From: an uncultured Leptospirales bacterium
GTDB taxonomy: Bacteria > Spirochaetota > UBA4802 > UBA5550
Assembly (NCBI GenBank): GCA_964645775.1
Contig: CAZYBU010000008.1
Span: 2,957 to 66,956 of the forward strand
DNA: 64,000 nucleotides
Direction of reading: 5' to 3'
How positions within the stretch are numbered: position 1 is the first letter of the stretch; the number at the start of each line of letters is the position of its first letter. A program made the translations under genes and the position numbers. Shown one piece after another: positions 19,126 through 29,524 of the stretch. The notes below the pieces were generated by a model. The model was given only the letters and a program-made list of their open reading frames with translations. It did no database searches and was not told the DNA's origin.

Positions 19126-20280
19126 TCAGGCCAACAGTTCCCTGCCTATAATATCGTTCATGATCTCGTAGGTTCCCCCTCCTATGGAGAAGAGCCTGGA
19201 GTCACGGTACATCCGCTCCACAGGGTATTCCCGTGTGTACCCGTATCCTCCGTGGAGCTGGAGGGCGTCATAGACCACACGGTCGCATACCCGGGTACTG
19301 AAGTTCTTGGCCATGCAGACCTCTTTCATGAGCGACTCGCCCTTTCCGATCCGGTCCGCCACGCTGTAGTTAAACTGCCGCGCCGCCTCTACCTCCGTGG
19401 CCATCTCAGCCAGCTTGTGCCTGTTCACCTGGAAGGATCCTATGGTCTGGCCAAAGGCCGTCCGTTCCTGAACGTATTCCAGGGCCTCCTCCAGGGCCAT
19501 CTGCGCCACGGTCTGGGCCTCAAGGGCCAGGTAGAGCCTCTCCTTCTGGAAGTTCTGCATAATTCCCCTGAACCCCTGGTTCTCTTCTCCCACCAGGTTC
19601 CCGAGGGGGACCCGGCAGTCCATGAAAGAGAGCTCGGCCGTGTCGGAGGCGTGCCACCCCATTTTCGGGATTTTCCGGGAAGCGGTAAAACCGGGAGTCC
19701 CTTTCTCTATTATGAGAAGACTTATCCCCTTTGCGCCGGTACCGCCGGTGCGGACAGCCGCTGTCACGAAATCGGCCCGGGTTCCTCCCGTGATAAAGGT
19801 CTTGGTTCCGTTGACGATATAGTGATCATCTTTTCTGACGGCCCTTGTCTGGATAGATGCCACGTCAGAACCACAGCAGGGCTCCGTGACACCCAGGACC
19901 CCCCTCTTCTTGCCGAGAAGGGCCGGCTCACAGAATTTCTTCTTCTGTTCATGGGTACCCAGGGCCAGGATGGGAGGCACCGCGATACCGCTGGCCCCCA
20001 GGGTGGAGGCCAGGCCCACGGAACCGCAACGGATTATCTCCTCCACATAGACCACCTCGTAGAAGATGTCACATTCCGTTCCCCCGTACTCTTCCGGATG
20101 TCCTATCCCGAGAAAACCGGCCTCTCCCGCCTTTTCAAAGAGTTCCAGGGGGAAGTCCTCTTCCTCTTCCCATTTGTCAACATGGGGTAATATCTCCCTC
20201 TCCACGAAGGTCCGTACCGATGAACGGAAAATCTCGTGGTCATCGGTAAACCATGCTCTGTTAACCGCTCCTCTGTTCAT
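19126..20280 (-). CDS. acyl-CoA dehydrogenase
   Basis: 384 aa. ACAD N/M/C domains with C-terminal catalytic Glu region (YEGTNDIIGRE-like: YEIMNDIIGRE). Confidence 0.85.
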   Translation of the reverse strand: MNRGAVNRAWFTDDHEIFRSSVRTFVEREILPHVDKWEEEEDFPLELFEKAGEAGFLGIGHPEEYGGTECDIFYEVVYVEEIIRCGSVGLASTLGASGIAVPPILALGTHEQKKKFCEPALLGKKRGVLGVTEPCCGSDVASIQTRAVRKDDHYIVNGTKTFITGGTRADFVTAAVRTGGTGAKGISLLIIEKGTPGFTASRKIPKMGWHASDTAELSFMDCRVPLGNLVGEENQGFRGIMQNFQKERLYLALEAQTVAQMALEEALEYVQERTAFGQTIGSFQVNRHKLAEMATEVEAARQFNYSVADRIGKGESLMKEVCMAKNFSTRVCDRVVYDALQLHGGYGYTREYPVERMYRDSRLFSIGGGTYEIMNDIIGRELLA

Positions 20281-20288
20281 GGCTCAAC

Positions 20289-21098
20289 TCAGTGTCCGCG
20301 TCCCGTATAGTTATCCATGGCCTTTGTCATACCCAGGACCTTCAGCATCCAGTCGGCAAAACCGACCGGAAAGAGTTTCAACATCAGGGTCAGGTTGACC
20401 GTGAAGGGGATTTTAAGGATCGCCTTTTCTTTCTTTACGCCCTGCATGATCTTACGGACCACATAGTCCGGTTTAAGTATGGGGTTAAAAAGCAGGGGCT
20501 TGAATCCCTTGAACATGCCGGTATCAATAACATAGGGACAGACAAGGGTGGTCCTAATGTAACCGTGACCGTATTTCTTCAGCTCAAGGCGCAGCGCCTC
20601 AGTCGCGCCCACTTCCGCGAACTTGCTGGCATTGTAGTCCGCGGCCCCGGGAAACCCCTGTAGCCCGGCCGATGATGCAATGTTCACGATATGTCCTTTC
20701 TTAGCCTTTATCATGGAGGGTAGAATCAGTTTGGTGAAGACCAGGTGACCGAAGAAATTTATATCCATGGTCCTGCGAAAATCCTTCATGGTAAGCTGAT
20801 CAAAGGTCTTCCCTGTCACTACTCCTGCGTTGTTCACCAGGACATCCACGTTTCCCATCTCCTGCTCGATCTTCTGGACGGTCTCGGTGACCTTCTTCTC
20901 GTCAGAGATGTCACACTTATAGGTATACACCTCGACCCCCGTGGACGACAATTCCTTTTTTAGATCATCAAGCTGTTTCGTATTGATATCGATCAGAGCC
21001 AGGTTCGACCCTTCCCCGGCAAACTCGATAGCCATAAGCCGCCCGATACCGGACGCGGCCCCGGTGATTAAAACATTCTTTCCTTTTAAGTCCTTCAT
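20289..21098 (-). CDS. SDR-family oxidoreductase
   Basis: TGAASGIGR Rossmann motif, NNAG, and YxxxK. GAGGTGG SD. Confidence 0.85.
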   Translation of the reverse strand: MKDLKGKNVLITGAASGIGRLMAIEFAGEGSNLALIDINTKQLDDLKKELSSTGVEVYTYKCDISDEKKVTETVQKIEQEMGNVDVLVNNAGVVTGKTFDQLTMKDFRRTMDINFFGHLVFTKLILPSMIKAKKGHIVNIASSAGLQGFPGAADYNASKFAEVGATEALRLELKKYGHGYIRTTLVCPYVIDTGMFKGFKPLLFNPILKPDYVVRKIMQGVKKEKAILKIPFTVNLTLMLKLFPVGFADWMLKVLGMTKAMDNYTGRGH

Positions 21099-21188
21099 TG
21101 TACCACCTCGTTCACTTTATGACGTAAGGCCTTATATACCTTCACCTTGCGCTCAGCGTATAACCGGTATCAGTTACCGGGCACTCAA

Positions 21189-23057
21189 TCACTCCACGGC
21201 CCGCAGCAGGGCCGCCTCTTCCACGTCCAGCGCGGAGGTATTTCCGCTTTCGATCACCGCTATCCTCCCCTCGGTCATGGGAAGAAGCTTCTCCAGATAA
21301 TACCGGGCGGAGTGGACCTTTCCGGAGTAGAAGGCCGCGTCCGGGGAGTCCTCGATAACGGCTTTCACGCTCTCCTTGTCCGTGACTTTTTTTTCAACAA
21401 GGATCTCTCCCAGGCGGGCTTCTGCCAGGGAAAGTTGCCAGAGGTGCATCCATCCCAGGATCAGGTCTCCCACCACCTCCAGGAAAACCACCGTGTCCTG
21501 GAACGCCTCGGGGACCTTCCCGTCCTCCATGCGGCTGTACATTTTTCTACCCGCTTCCCGGGTGAGGTCCAGTGTTCTTTGAAGAACCGATACAGGCTGC
21601 TCCATCCCCTTCTTTCTTTTGACTTCGTCAATGGTGGACTGTATACGGGAATAAAGCTCCTCCGCGTACCGTCCCCCTTCCATCTTCATCTTCCGGTTAA
21701 AAAGGTCCACGGAATGTATGGTGTTGGTCCCCTCGTAGAGAGCGGTTATCTTCTGGTCACGCATGAACTGTTCCACGGGATAATCCTGGCAGTAACCGTA
21801 TCCTCCGAAGATATTCACCGCGTCACTGCAAACCTCAAGGCCCCGTATGGAGGTGTATCCCTTGCAGACCGGCGTGAGTAGTTCCACCATCCCGTCGTGA
21901 AGTTTCTTCTTCTCAGGGTCTATCTCGGCCCGGAACAGGTCAAGCTGGTAGGCCGCGTAATAGTTCAGGGCCCGGAGCCCCTCCACCAGGGCCTTCATTC
22001 CGAGCAGAGTTCTTCGTACATCCGGATGCTTGATAATGGAAACGATATCCGTACTCTTTCCCTTGAGACGAATGTCCACGCCCTGCTCACGCTCCCGGGC
22101 GTAATTCAGGGCGTTCAGGTACGCGGCCGATCCCAGGCCGACGCTCTGGAGGCCGACATTGAGGCGTTCCTCGTTCATGATAAGAAACATGATCGGCAGA
22201 CCCTGCCCCGGTTTACCGAGTATCTCTCCAAGGCAATTCCCGTTGTCACCGAAACTCATCTGACAGGTGGCTGACCCCCGGATTCCCATCTTGTGCTCAA
22301 TACCGGCGCAGGTCACGTCATTCCACTGGCCCGGACTGCCGTCGTCATTTACCCGATATTTTGGAACCAGGAAGATGGAGATACCCTTGATCCCGGGCGG
22401 GTCCCCCTCGATACGTGCCAGAACTGGATGAACGATGTTGGGATGGCCATCATGTTCCCCTCCCGTTATGAATATCTTCTGGCCGGATATGAGATATTTT
22501 CCCTCATCAGTGGGAATAGCCTTCGTGGAAATGCGGGCCAGATCGCTGCCGGCCCCCGGCTCGGTCAGGTTCATGGTGCCGGCCCACTCGTAGTTCATCA
22601 TTTTTTCCAGGTACTTCTTTTTCTGGTCTTCCGTCCCGTGTTCTCGAATCATGGTGACACAGCCGTGGGCCAGGCTCGGGTAAAGGTTCAGGGCCGTGTT
22701 GGCCGCATGGAACATCTCGTTACAGGCCGTGAATACCGTTATCGGAAGGCCCTGCCCACCCAGGTCCGGATCTTCACAGGCGGAGACCCATCCCTGTTCA
22801 CCGAAAATTTTCAGCGGTTTATGGAATGACTCCGGAAGGGTCACCTTTCCGTTCTCCCACTTCGCCCCGATCCGGTCTCCGTCCTCGTTGGTGGGGGCCA
22901 GTTCGTTCAGTGCGAACTTCAGGCCCTGTTCCATGATCATGTCGAATTCATCCTTCGAGTAAAAACCGAAGAGTTCCGTTTCCGTCAGTTTAAGAAGCTC
23001 CAGTTGTTCGTAGAGCAGAAAATCCAGGTCTCGCATATCGACTAACAGGTTCGCCAT
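21189..23057 (-). CDS. acyl-CoA dehydrogenase, long form with C-terminal extension
   Basis: 622 aa. ACAD core plus about 200-aa C-terminal domain (FadE/AidB-like architecture). GAGGAG SD. Confidence 0.85.
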   Translation of the reverse strand: MANLLVDMRDLDFLLYEQLELLKLTETELFGFYSKDEFDMIMEQGLKFALNELAPTNEDGDRIGAKWENGKVTLPESFHKPLKIFGEQGWVSACEDPDLGGQGLPITVFTACNEMFHAANTALNLYPSLAHGCVTMIREHGTEDQKKKYLEKMMNYEWAGTMNLTEPGAGSDLARISTKAIPTDEGKYLISGQKIFITGGEHDGHPNIVHPVLARIEGDPPGIKGISIFLVPKYRVNDDGSPGQWNDVTCAGIEHKMGIRGSATCQMSFGDNGNCLGEILGKPGQGLPIMFLIMNEERLNVGLQSVGLGSAAYLNALNYAREREQGVDIRLKGKSTDIVSIIKHPDVRRTLLGMKALVEGLRALNYYAAYQLDLFRAEIDPEKKKLHDGMVELLTPVCKGYTSIRGLEVCSDAVNIFGGYGYCQDYPVEQFMRDQKITALYEGTNTIHSVDLFNRKMKMEGGRYAEELYSRIQSTIDEVKRKKGMEQPVSVLQRTLDLTREAGRKMYSRMEDGKVPEAFQDTVVFLEVVGDLILGWMHLWQLSLAEARLGEILVEKKVTDKESVKAVIEDSPDAAFYSGKVHSARYYLEKLLPMTEGRIAVIESGNTSALDVEEAALLRAVE

Positions 23058-23077
23058 TATCTTCTCCTCACATGATT

Positions 23078-23989
23078 TTACAGATACATTATATCAGCCG
23101 ACTCACGGGGTCCGCCACCAGTTTTTTTCTCTACGGATCCATCGCCCCCACCGGGCGGCCGGCAACCCATGACAAACCGTCCCTCCTGTTCTTCAAGTCC
23201 GTCGATCCTCAGGCTAATAAGTGAGCAGTCATCCAGGGTTCCCTCGCTGCCGGCCAGCTCCAGGACCCGCTCGATAAAACGGGAAGGATTCTCACGGCTG
23301 AATTCACGGGCAATAAGCTTTTCCAGGCTTTCAGCCCTCCTGTTACCCAGTTCCCGGAAACCGTCCGTGGCCAGGACAAAATGGCTCCCCTCGCCTATCT
23401 CTATTATGTCCACCTGGTAGAGCCGGTCAATCCTGCCCACCAGCCAGAAATTGTTTTCATGAAGGGCCCCGACCCTTCCCGTCCTGCCGTCAACCTGGAA
23501 GAGCATACTGTCACCGCTGTTAAGTATAATACCGAAACGATTCGAACTGCCGGTCACCACGATAAGGGCCGTGAAGGTGCAGCTCCGGCTCCCCTTCATT
23601 CTTTTCATGACCTCTTCAAGACCGGTAACCAGCTCGGGGAGCCGCCGGGTCAGCTCCTGTGTCGAGCATATCTCTCCGCTTGTAAAGATATCTGTGCGTT
23701 CGAGCAGGTCGGCCACTTCACCGAGAAAGCGCCCGGAGAAACCGGTACTTCTTCCCGATGCGTCGGAGACAGCAAAACAGGAATGCCGAAAATCCAGGAG
23801 CAGGCTGTCCCCACAGGGCTCACCCTGGAGGGTCATGCTGCCAGGAATAACAAGGGCCGCTGCCGCAGGGTCCATTTTGAGAAGACGGCCTCCTTCCAAC
23901 TGCTGCAGGCTCATTTTTCGCATGTCTCCACGGTCATCCTCATACCGGTCTCCTTCCGCAGAGAGCCCGGGTAACATAGACGCAGACAT
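23078..23989 (-). CDS. PP2C/SpoIIE-like phosphatase-domain protein (tentative)
   Basis: Ordered motifs resembling PP2C (FAVSDASG, TFTALIV, NSGDSMLF, VLATDGF). Start uncertain: 23989 overlaps the MaoC gene by 50 nt. ATG at 23923 is an alternative. Confidence 0.45.
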   Translation of the reverse strand: MSASMLPGLSAEGDRYEDDRGDMRKMSLQQLEGGRLLKMDPAAAALVIPGSMTLQGEPCGDSLLLDFRHSCFAVSDASGRSTGFSGRFLGEVADLLERTDIFTSGEICSTQELTRRLPELVTGLEEVMKRMKGSRSCTFTALIVVTGSSNRFGIILNSGDSMLFQVDGRTGRVGALHENNFWLVGRIDRLYQVDIIEIGEGSHFVLATDGFRELGNRRAESLEKLIAREFSRENPSRFIERVLELAGSEGTLDDCSLISLRIDGLEEQEGRFVMGCRPPGGGDGSVEKKTGGGPRESADIMYL

Positions 23990-24398
23990 CTTCTCCCCGC
24001 TGGTTCTTGATCATGTTCTTTGAAACAATGATGCCCCGTTTCCCGTCCTTCTCTTCCATGGCGGTAATCTCCACCTGGCAGTGGATGGTGTCCCCGATAA
24101 ATACCGGGTTTAAGAACCTGACCGAGTCCATGCCGTAGAAGGCGATGAAGGACTCCGGAAGGGATACGTACTGGCCCAGCCGGAAGATCAGGGCGCTACC
24201 CACGCTCAGGGTAAGCATCCCGTGGGCGATACGCTGGCCGAAGGGTGACATCTTCGCGGTCTCCACGTCGGTATGGATCGGGTGCCAGTCACCCGTAAGG
24301 CCGGCAAAGGTGTGAATATCACTCTCCGTTATGGTGCGGGCCGGAGAGACCAGCACCTCTCCCACGGTATAGTCTTCGTAGTATTCCCTGTCCTGCAT
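23940..24398 (-). CDS. MaoC-like (R)-specific enoyl-CoA hydratase / hot-dog dehydratase
   Basis: ESDIHTFAGLTGDWHPIHTD hot-dog motif. 152 aa. Confidence 0.8.
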   Translation of the reverse strand: MQDREYYEDYTVGEVLVSPARTITESDIHTFAGLTGDWHPIHTDVETAKMSPFGQRIAHGMLTLSVGSALIFRLGQYVSLPESFIAFYGMDSVRFLNPVFIGDTIHCQVEITAMEEKDGKRGIIVSKNMIKNQRGEDVCVYVTRALCGRRPV

Positions 24399-24407
24399 GA
24401 TTCCCTC

Positions 24408-26216
24408 CTACATCCACTCTTCCCGGATCTGCACAGCCGAAAGGTCTTCCAATTCAAAAGATTTACGTCTCGCGTATAGATTGGGTAGAAAATTCCTGGC
24501 GAAGAAGTTCGCGGTCTCCACCTTGCCCCTGTAGAAGCAATAGTCAGGATGGTCTTCAGGCAGATCCTTCGACTTCTCCAGGGCGATAAGGGCCTGTTCC
24601 AGCAGAAGATGGGCCACAGCCACTTCACCGCAGCACTCCAGGAACCTGGTTGAAGTCAGGGGAATGAGGTCCTGCTTTTCGCTGCCAAAGAGGGTGCCGT
24701 ACTTCTCTACCATGGCCTCAAGATTATCGATTCCATCGGCGAGGACAGAGCAGCTGTCCGTTACATCGTCGACCCGGCAGGCCCTGTCTATGAATCCCCG
24801 CATCTCATCAATCCATGCCCGGTAAGCCCGCCCCTCCTTCATCTTCAGTTTGCGTCCCACCAGGTCGATGGACTGGATAAAGGTGGTTCCGTCCCAGAGG
24901 GAGAGTATCTTGCAGTCCCGGGCGTACTGTTCAATGGGGTACTCCGATGTATACCCGTACCCTCCCAGTATCTCGATACCCATGGAGGTCACGTCCCATA
25001 TGCGGAGGGAACAGTATCCCTTTATTATGGGCGTAAAGAAGTCCAGGCTCTCCTGTGCAAGCCGGGCCTCCTCTTCTTCTTCACTGCCGTGGGCGATATC
25101 CTCGAAGAAGTATCCCCTGTAGGTCAGAACCCTCATCCCCTCGGCCAGGGACTTGATGGACATGAGAAGCCTCCGAACTTCGGGATGCTCGATGATCCGG
25201 ACCCGGCCGTCGCCCTTTTTTCCAAAGCGGGTTCCCTGGACCCGTTCCTTCGCGTACTCCAGGGCGTTGGCGTAGATGTTCTGGGCGAAGGCAGTACTCT
25301 CCAGGCCCACGGCCATGCGGGCCACGTTAACCATCTGGAACATGTAGGCCAGGCCCATCCCCTCCTCCCCGATGAGATGACCGTAGCAGGCATCATTATC
25401 ACCGTAGCTCATCTGGCAGGTGGCCGACCCGTGGAGCCCCATCTTGTGTTCTATGCCCACGCAGGTCACGTCATTGGGCTCACCCATGCTTCCGTCCTCA
25501 TTGACCCATATCTTCGGCACGGCAAAAAGGGAAACTCCCTTGGCCCCGTCCGGGGCCCCTTCCACCCGGGCCAGGACCATGTGTACGATGTTCTCTGTCA
25601 GGTCATGGTCCCCGGAGGTGATGAAAATCTTGGAACCGGTTACACGATAGCAGTCTCCATCCTTTACAGCTTTCGCGCCGATCATGTGCGCGTCGGAACC
25701 GACATCCGGTTCAGTCAGGGCCATGGTCCCTCCCCAGGTACCGTCGTAAAGCTTCTCGCAGAAGAGTCCCTTCTGTTTTTCATTACCAAAATTCTCAATC
25801 AGGGCGCCCTGCCCGGGTCCCATGCCGGAATAGGTACCAAAGGTGAAATTTGCGCTCATGAAAAATTCCGTGGCCGCCTCCGCTATGACAAGGGGGAGTC
25901 CCTGGCCGCCATAGTCCGGGCTCTGGGTCAGGGCAAACCAGCTTCCTTCCCTGAAGAGATCCCAGAGAGGGTGAAAGCACTTCGGGGCGTATACCTTTCC
26001 GTTTTCAAAACGCGCAGGGTCCTCCCGGTCCGTGTCCTGGAAGGTGGGGGCGATCCGGTTCAGGGCGATCTTCTCTGCCTGTTCCAGGATCATCTCGAAG
26101 TCTTCCATGGAGAAGAGGGTGTACTTCTCAAAGGAGAGGAGTTTCTCCACCTGGAGGTGCTCGTTCAGCACGAAGTGGACGTCCCGGCTGTCCCTTTTGT
26201 AATAATTATTTCCCAT
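24408..26216 (-). CDS. acyl-CoA dehydrogenase, long form
   Basis: 602 aa. Paralogous to 21189..23057 (same architecture). Confidence 0.85.
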   Translation of the reverse strand: MGNNYYKRDSRDVHFVLNEHLQVEKLLSFEKYTLFSMEDFEMILEQAEKIALNRIAPTFQDTDREDPARFENGKVYAPKCFHPLWDLFREGSWFALTQSPDYGGQGLPLVIAEAATEFFMSANFTFGTYSGMGPGQGALIENFGNEKQKGLFCEKLYDGTWGGTMALTEPDVGSDAHMIGAKAVKDGDCYRVTGSKIFITSGDHDLTENIVHMVLARVEGAPDGAKGVSLFAVPKIWVNEDGSMGEPNDVTCVGIEHKMGLHGSATCQMSYGDNDACYGHLIGEEGMGLAYMFQMVNVARMAVGLESTAFAQNIYANALEYAKERVQGTRFGKKGDGRVRIIEHPEVRRLLMSIKSLAEGMRVLTYRGYFFEDIAHGSEEEEEARLAQESLDFFTPIIKGYCSLRIWDVTSMGIEILGGYGYTSEYPIEQYARDCKILSLWDGTTFIQSIDLVGRKLKMKEGRAYRAWIDEMRGFIDRACRVDDVTDSCSVLADGIDNLEAMVEKYGTLFGSEKQDLIPLTSTRFLECCGEVAVAHLLLEQALIALEKSKDLPEDHPDYCFYRGKVETANFFARNFLPNLYARRKSFELEDLSAVQIREEWM

Positions 26217-26706
26217 GGGACTTCTCCCCGTCGATGATGGTAAAGTGTGTGATATCCTGGATATTTCCCTGCATCTCTTCAGGCTTCCGGAAAACGGCCC
26301 GTACCCTCATGCCGACTTTTATCCTGTCCACGTTCACCTCGTCGATGATATGGGAGAATATACTGTCCGCACCGTCCATGCGGATATACCCGTAGGTGTA
26401 GGGTATGGGCCGCTGGAGTCCTGTGGCCGGGTCGAGAAAGGGATAGTTCACCACGGAAAAGGCGGTAATGGTTCCCTCGTCCGATAAGGGGACAAGTTCA
26501 TCGCATTCCGTGAAGCAGGGACCGCAGACCCGCCTGGGCGGCACGTAGACCTTCTTGCAGGATGGACATCGTATTCCCAGGAGACGCCCCCTCTCCCTTA
26601 TCTCTTTAAAGAACAGGGTGCCCGGCTTACCCACGGACCACTCGTAGGGCATGGGTGTCGCAAAGGACACGGTAAGCAGATCTTCATATAGTCGTTCGTT
26701 GCTCAT
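26206..26706 (-). CDS. DUF35 Zn-ribbon/OB-fold protein
   Basis: CPSCKKVYVPPRRVCGPC zinc ribbon plus OB-fold. Confidence 0.8.
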   Translation of the reverse strand: MSNERLYEDLLTVSFATPMPYEWSVGKPGTLFFKEIRERGRLLGIRCPSCKKVYVPPRRVCGPCFTECDELVPLSDEGTITAFSVVNYPFLDPATGLQRPIPYTYGYIRMDGADSIFSHIIDEVNVDRIKVGMRVRAVFRKPEEMQGNIQDITHFTIIDGEKSHGK

Positions 26707-26720
26707 CCTCTCCTCCCCTC

Positions 26721-27890
26721 TTACAGTTCGTTACTCAGGATCATGACATCGGACCAGAAGCACCCGCCGAAACCGGTGGCCAGGGCGTTCTTCACTTCCG
26801 GCACCTGGCGTTTGTCACCCTTTCCCATGACCTGGATGGCCGCCTCGGCCACGCGCAGGATGGCTGTTGCCCCAATACAATTGGTACTGATCACCCCTCC
26901 CGAGGGATTGACGGGAATCTTTCCGCCCATGTGGGTATTTCCCTCCCGGACGAACTTCGCTCCCTCTCCGGGACCACAGAACTGCAAATCCTCGATCCAC
27001 TTGAGCCCGGCCCAGGTATAGGGCAGGTAGAGCTCGGCGACGTCCAGTTCCTCAGCCGGCTTCGTTATGCCCGCCTGTTTGTAGGCGTCCCTGGAAGCCC
27101 GCTGGAGGGAGACCAGTCCCTCGGTATAGTTGGTCGAGTCCCCGAACCAGGTATAGGTATGTCGAACGGCCGTTCCCCTGACCCAGGCCGGTTTGGAGGT
27201 CATCTTCCTGGCCACATCTTCGGCCGCGAAGATCACAGCCCCGGCCCCGTCCGTGCGGGGACAGATGTCACCCAGTTTAATAGGGTAGGCCAGCATGGGA
27301 GATTCCATGATCTCCGCAACACTCAGGGGTTTCTGGAGGTGGGCAAAGGGATTGTTCAGGGCATTGGCCCGGTCCCTTTCGGCGATGAGAGCCGCGTTCT
27401 CCTGTGTGGCCCCGTACTGTTCCATGTAGGCCGTGGCCTCCGTGGCCAGGCTCGGTATGGCACCCGAGTAGGAGAACCGGTCCCAGATGGGATCGCTGCA
27501 GGTTATGATTGCGGCCGTGGTATCGCTCTCGGAGTTCTTCTCCCATCCTATGGCCAGGACCCGGTCGAAAAGACCGCTGGCCACGTGGTAGTATGCGGCG
27601 ATGGCCACGGAAGCTCCCGTGGTACCGCCCGTGGAGACCTTCATGATCGGTTTCATGACTCCGCCGGTCCCCTCTACGCTCCAGGTATCCACGTAATTTA
27701 TGGATTCAAAGTGGTCCATGTTACCGATAACTATCGCGTCGATATCGGCGATTGTGATTTCACAGTCCTCCAGGGCCCGGGTTACGGCTTCGTTAATCAT
27801 CTCCCTCTGGTTAACATCGGGCCTGTGACTTTTATGGTAGGTCTGTCCTGTTCCGACTATGGCTACGTTTCGTCCCATGCTTAACCTCAC
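26721..27890 (-). CDS. thiolase-fold protein, Cys-less 'type A' (SCP-x/Ltp2-like)
   Basis: Thiolase fold. Nucleophile position reads STGGTTGAS (no Cys). C-terminal STNCIGATA (Asn in place of His). Start overlaps the stop of the type B partner (27887). Confidence 0.75.
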   Translation of the reverse strand: MRLSMGRNVAIVGTGQTYHKSHRPDVNQREMINEAVTRALEDCEITIADIDAIVIGNMDHFESINYVDTWSVEGTGGVMKPIMKVSTGGTTGASVAIAAYYHVASGLFDRVLAIGWEKNSESDTTAAIITCSDPIWDRFSYSGAIPSLATEATAYMEQYGATQENAALIAERDRANALNNPFAHLQKPLSVAEIMESPMLAYPIKLGDICPRTDGAGAVIFAAEDVARKMTSKPAWVRGTAVRHTYTWFGDSTNYTEGLVSLQRASRDAYKQAGITKPAEELDVAELYLPYTWAGLKWIEDLQFCGPGEGAKFVREGNTHMGGKIPVNPSGGVISTNCIGATAILRVAEAAIQVMGKGDKRQVPEVKNALATGFGGCFWSDVMILSNEL

Positions 27891-29029
27891 ACAACGCTAC
27901 TCAGGACCCAGAGGCAGTGACTCTGCCCGCAGGGACCGTTGATTCCCTGGGCCACGGCTGTCCTGGCTCCCTCTACCTGCCGTTTACCCGCGTCTCCCCG
28001 AACCTGGAGGGCTGCTTCGATAACACGGGCCAGGCCCGCAACCAGGGCAGCGTGAGATGAAAGGACGCCTCCCGAAGGATTCACGGGAAGGTCCCCTCCG
28101 GCCAGGGTCAGACCCTGTTCCAGGAGGGTCATACCCTCGCCCGGACCGCAGAATCCCATCCCCTCCAGCCAGAGTGGTTCCATGTAGGTAAAGGCGTCAT
28201 AGAGTTCCACCACGTCGACCTCTTCCAGGCGGTTGTTGATTCCGGCCATGGCAAAGGCCCTGTCCGCGGCCTGGCGCAGGGCCCGGGGTGTCTCCAGTTC
28301 ACGATCACCGATCATGTACTCGTCGGCGCAGTGTGCGATCCCCCTGATCCAGGCCGGTTTACTCTTAGCCTTTTCCACTATCTCCCGGTTGCCAATGATA
28401 ACAGCGGCCGCGCCGTCACTTACCGGGCTGCAGTCCAGCTTCTTCAGGGGTTCCGCCATTTTTCTGGAATTCATCACGTCATCCACGGAGATATCCATGG
28501 GAAGGTGGGCCAGGGGATTCTTCCGTCCGTTTCCGTGGTTCTTCACGGATATACGGGCCAGGGACTCCTCAGATACACCGAAGGTATCCATGTACCTGCG
28601 GGCCTGTAGGGCCGAGGAGCTGACGGATTCCAGTCCCAGGTGACGCTGAAAGACCGGGTCGAACATCCCGTTCGTCACATACCGGATGTCCCCCTCGCTT
28701 CCCTTGCAATGAGCCACGACAAGGGATGTCCTGTTTCCACCCAGGACCCTCATGGCTCCGTAGAAGGCGCCGAAGGCACCGTCCCCTTCCACCGTGGAGA
28801 TGTTCTTGTCCTGCCCACCGGAAGCGTCTCCCACGGCCATGCCGGAGATGGTACGGCCGTCAAAGAAGTCGTTGGAGACCGTGACCACGCTGTCGATATC
28901 ATCAATGGTAAGCCCCGCGTCATCCAGGGCCATGCGTGTCACGTCGAAAACAAGGTCCGCGTAGATCTCATCTTTCTTCCGTTTCTCGTAATTTGTCTGT
29001 CCGGTCCCGACTATTGCTATATCATCCAT
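27887..29029 (-). CDS. thiolase-fold protein, Cys-less 'type B'
   Basis: Thiolase fold. Nucleophile segment STVEGDGAF (no Cys). C-terminal SGGVLSSHAALVAG retains His. Confidence 0.75.
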   Translation of the reverse strand: MDDIAIVGTGQTNYEKRKKDEIYADLVFDVTRMALDDAGLTIDDIDSVVTVSNDFFDGRTISGMAVGDASGGQDKNISTVEGDGAFGAFYGAMRVLGGNRTSLVVAHCKGSEGDIRYVTNGMFDPVFQRHLGLESVSSSALQARRYMDTFGVSEESLARISVKNHGNGRKNPLAHLPMDISVDDVMNSRKMAEPLKKLDCSPVSDGAAAVIIGNREIVEKAKSKPAWIRGIAHCADEYMIGDRELETPRALRQAADRAFAMAGINNRLEEVDVVELYDAFTYMEPLWLEGMGFCGPGEGMTLLEQGLTLAGGDLPVNPSGGVLSSHAALVAGLARVIEAALQVRGDAGKRQVEGARTAVAQGINGPCGQSHCLWVLSSVV

Positions 29030-29030
29030 G

Positions 29031-29495
29031 TCAGCTCTCCCCTATCACTTCAAAGCATTCTATGTCCAGGATATGCCCCTTTCTCTCTTCACGGAACCTG
29101 GCCCGGACCCGGGTTCCCCGTTTCAGGGAATCGAGACCATCCTGCACCAGGTGGGCCAGAGAGACGTTACTCCCCTCAAGGCGGACCAGAACATAGGCGA
29201 AGGGTGGATCAAAGGGTTGAAGCACAAAGGGATAATGCACTATGGTAAAGGATTCAACAACGCCTTCGGTGGAGAGCTCCACCCAGTCCTCCATGGGCAC
29301 GAAACAGGTGCCGCAGTTCTTCCTGGGCGGGACATAGGTCCGGCCGCATTTGGCGCACGTGTTGCCCAGGATTTTTTTCTCGTCACGGATCCCCCGAAGA
29401 AACCGGCTGCCGGTCTCCCCGACCCACCATGTATAGGGCACCGCGATCTGTCCCTTCAGGGTCATTCCTTCCACATCCTTTAACCAGTCCGCCAT
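29031..29495 (-). CDS. DUF35 Zn-ribbon/OB-fold protein
   Basis: CAKCGRTYVPPRKNCGTC zinc ribbon plus OB-fold. Confidence 0.8.
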   Translation of the reverse strand: MADWLKDVEGMTLKGQIAVPYTWWVGETGSRFLRGIRDEKKILGNTCAKCGRTYVPPRKNCGTCFVPMEDWVELSTEGVVESFTIVHYPFVLQPFDPPFAYVLVRLEGSNVSLAHLVQDGLDSLKRGTRVRARFREERKGHILDIECFEVIGES

Positions 29496-29524
29496 ATCTC
29501 TCTCCTTTTCAGATGCTCAGCTTT

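Noticed and set aside
1101-29483. Dozens of 60-400-aa ORFs antisense to, or overlapping, the long minus-strand genes (for example 1101..1640+, 15152..16027+, 15912..17312+, 18991..20190+, 25089..26237+, 26931..27884+, 28640..29248+)
   Set aside because: High-GC DNA yields long stop-free antisense frames. These lack SDs and domain signatures and have low-complexity Arg/Pro/Gly-rich translations. Every one is fully covered by a well-supported gene on the other strand.
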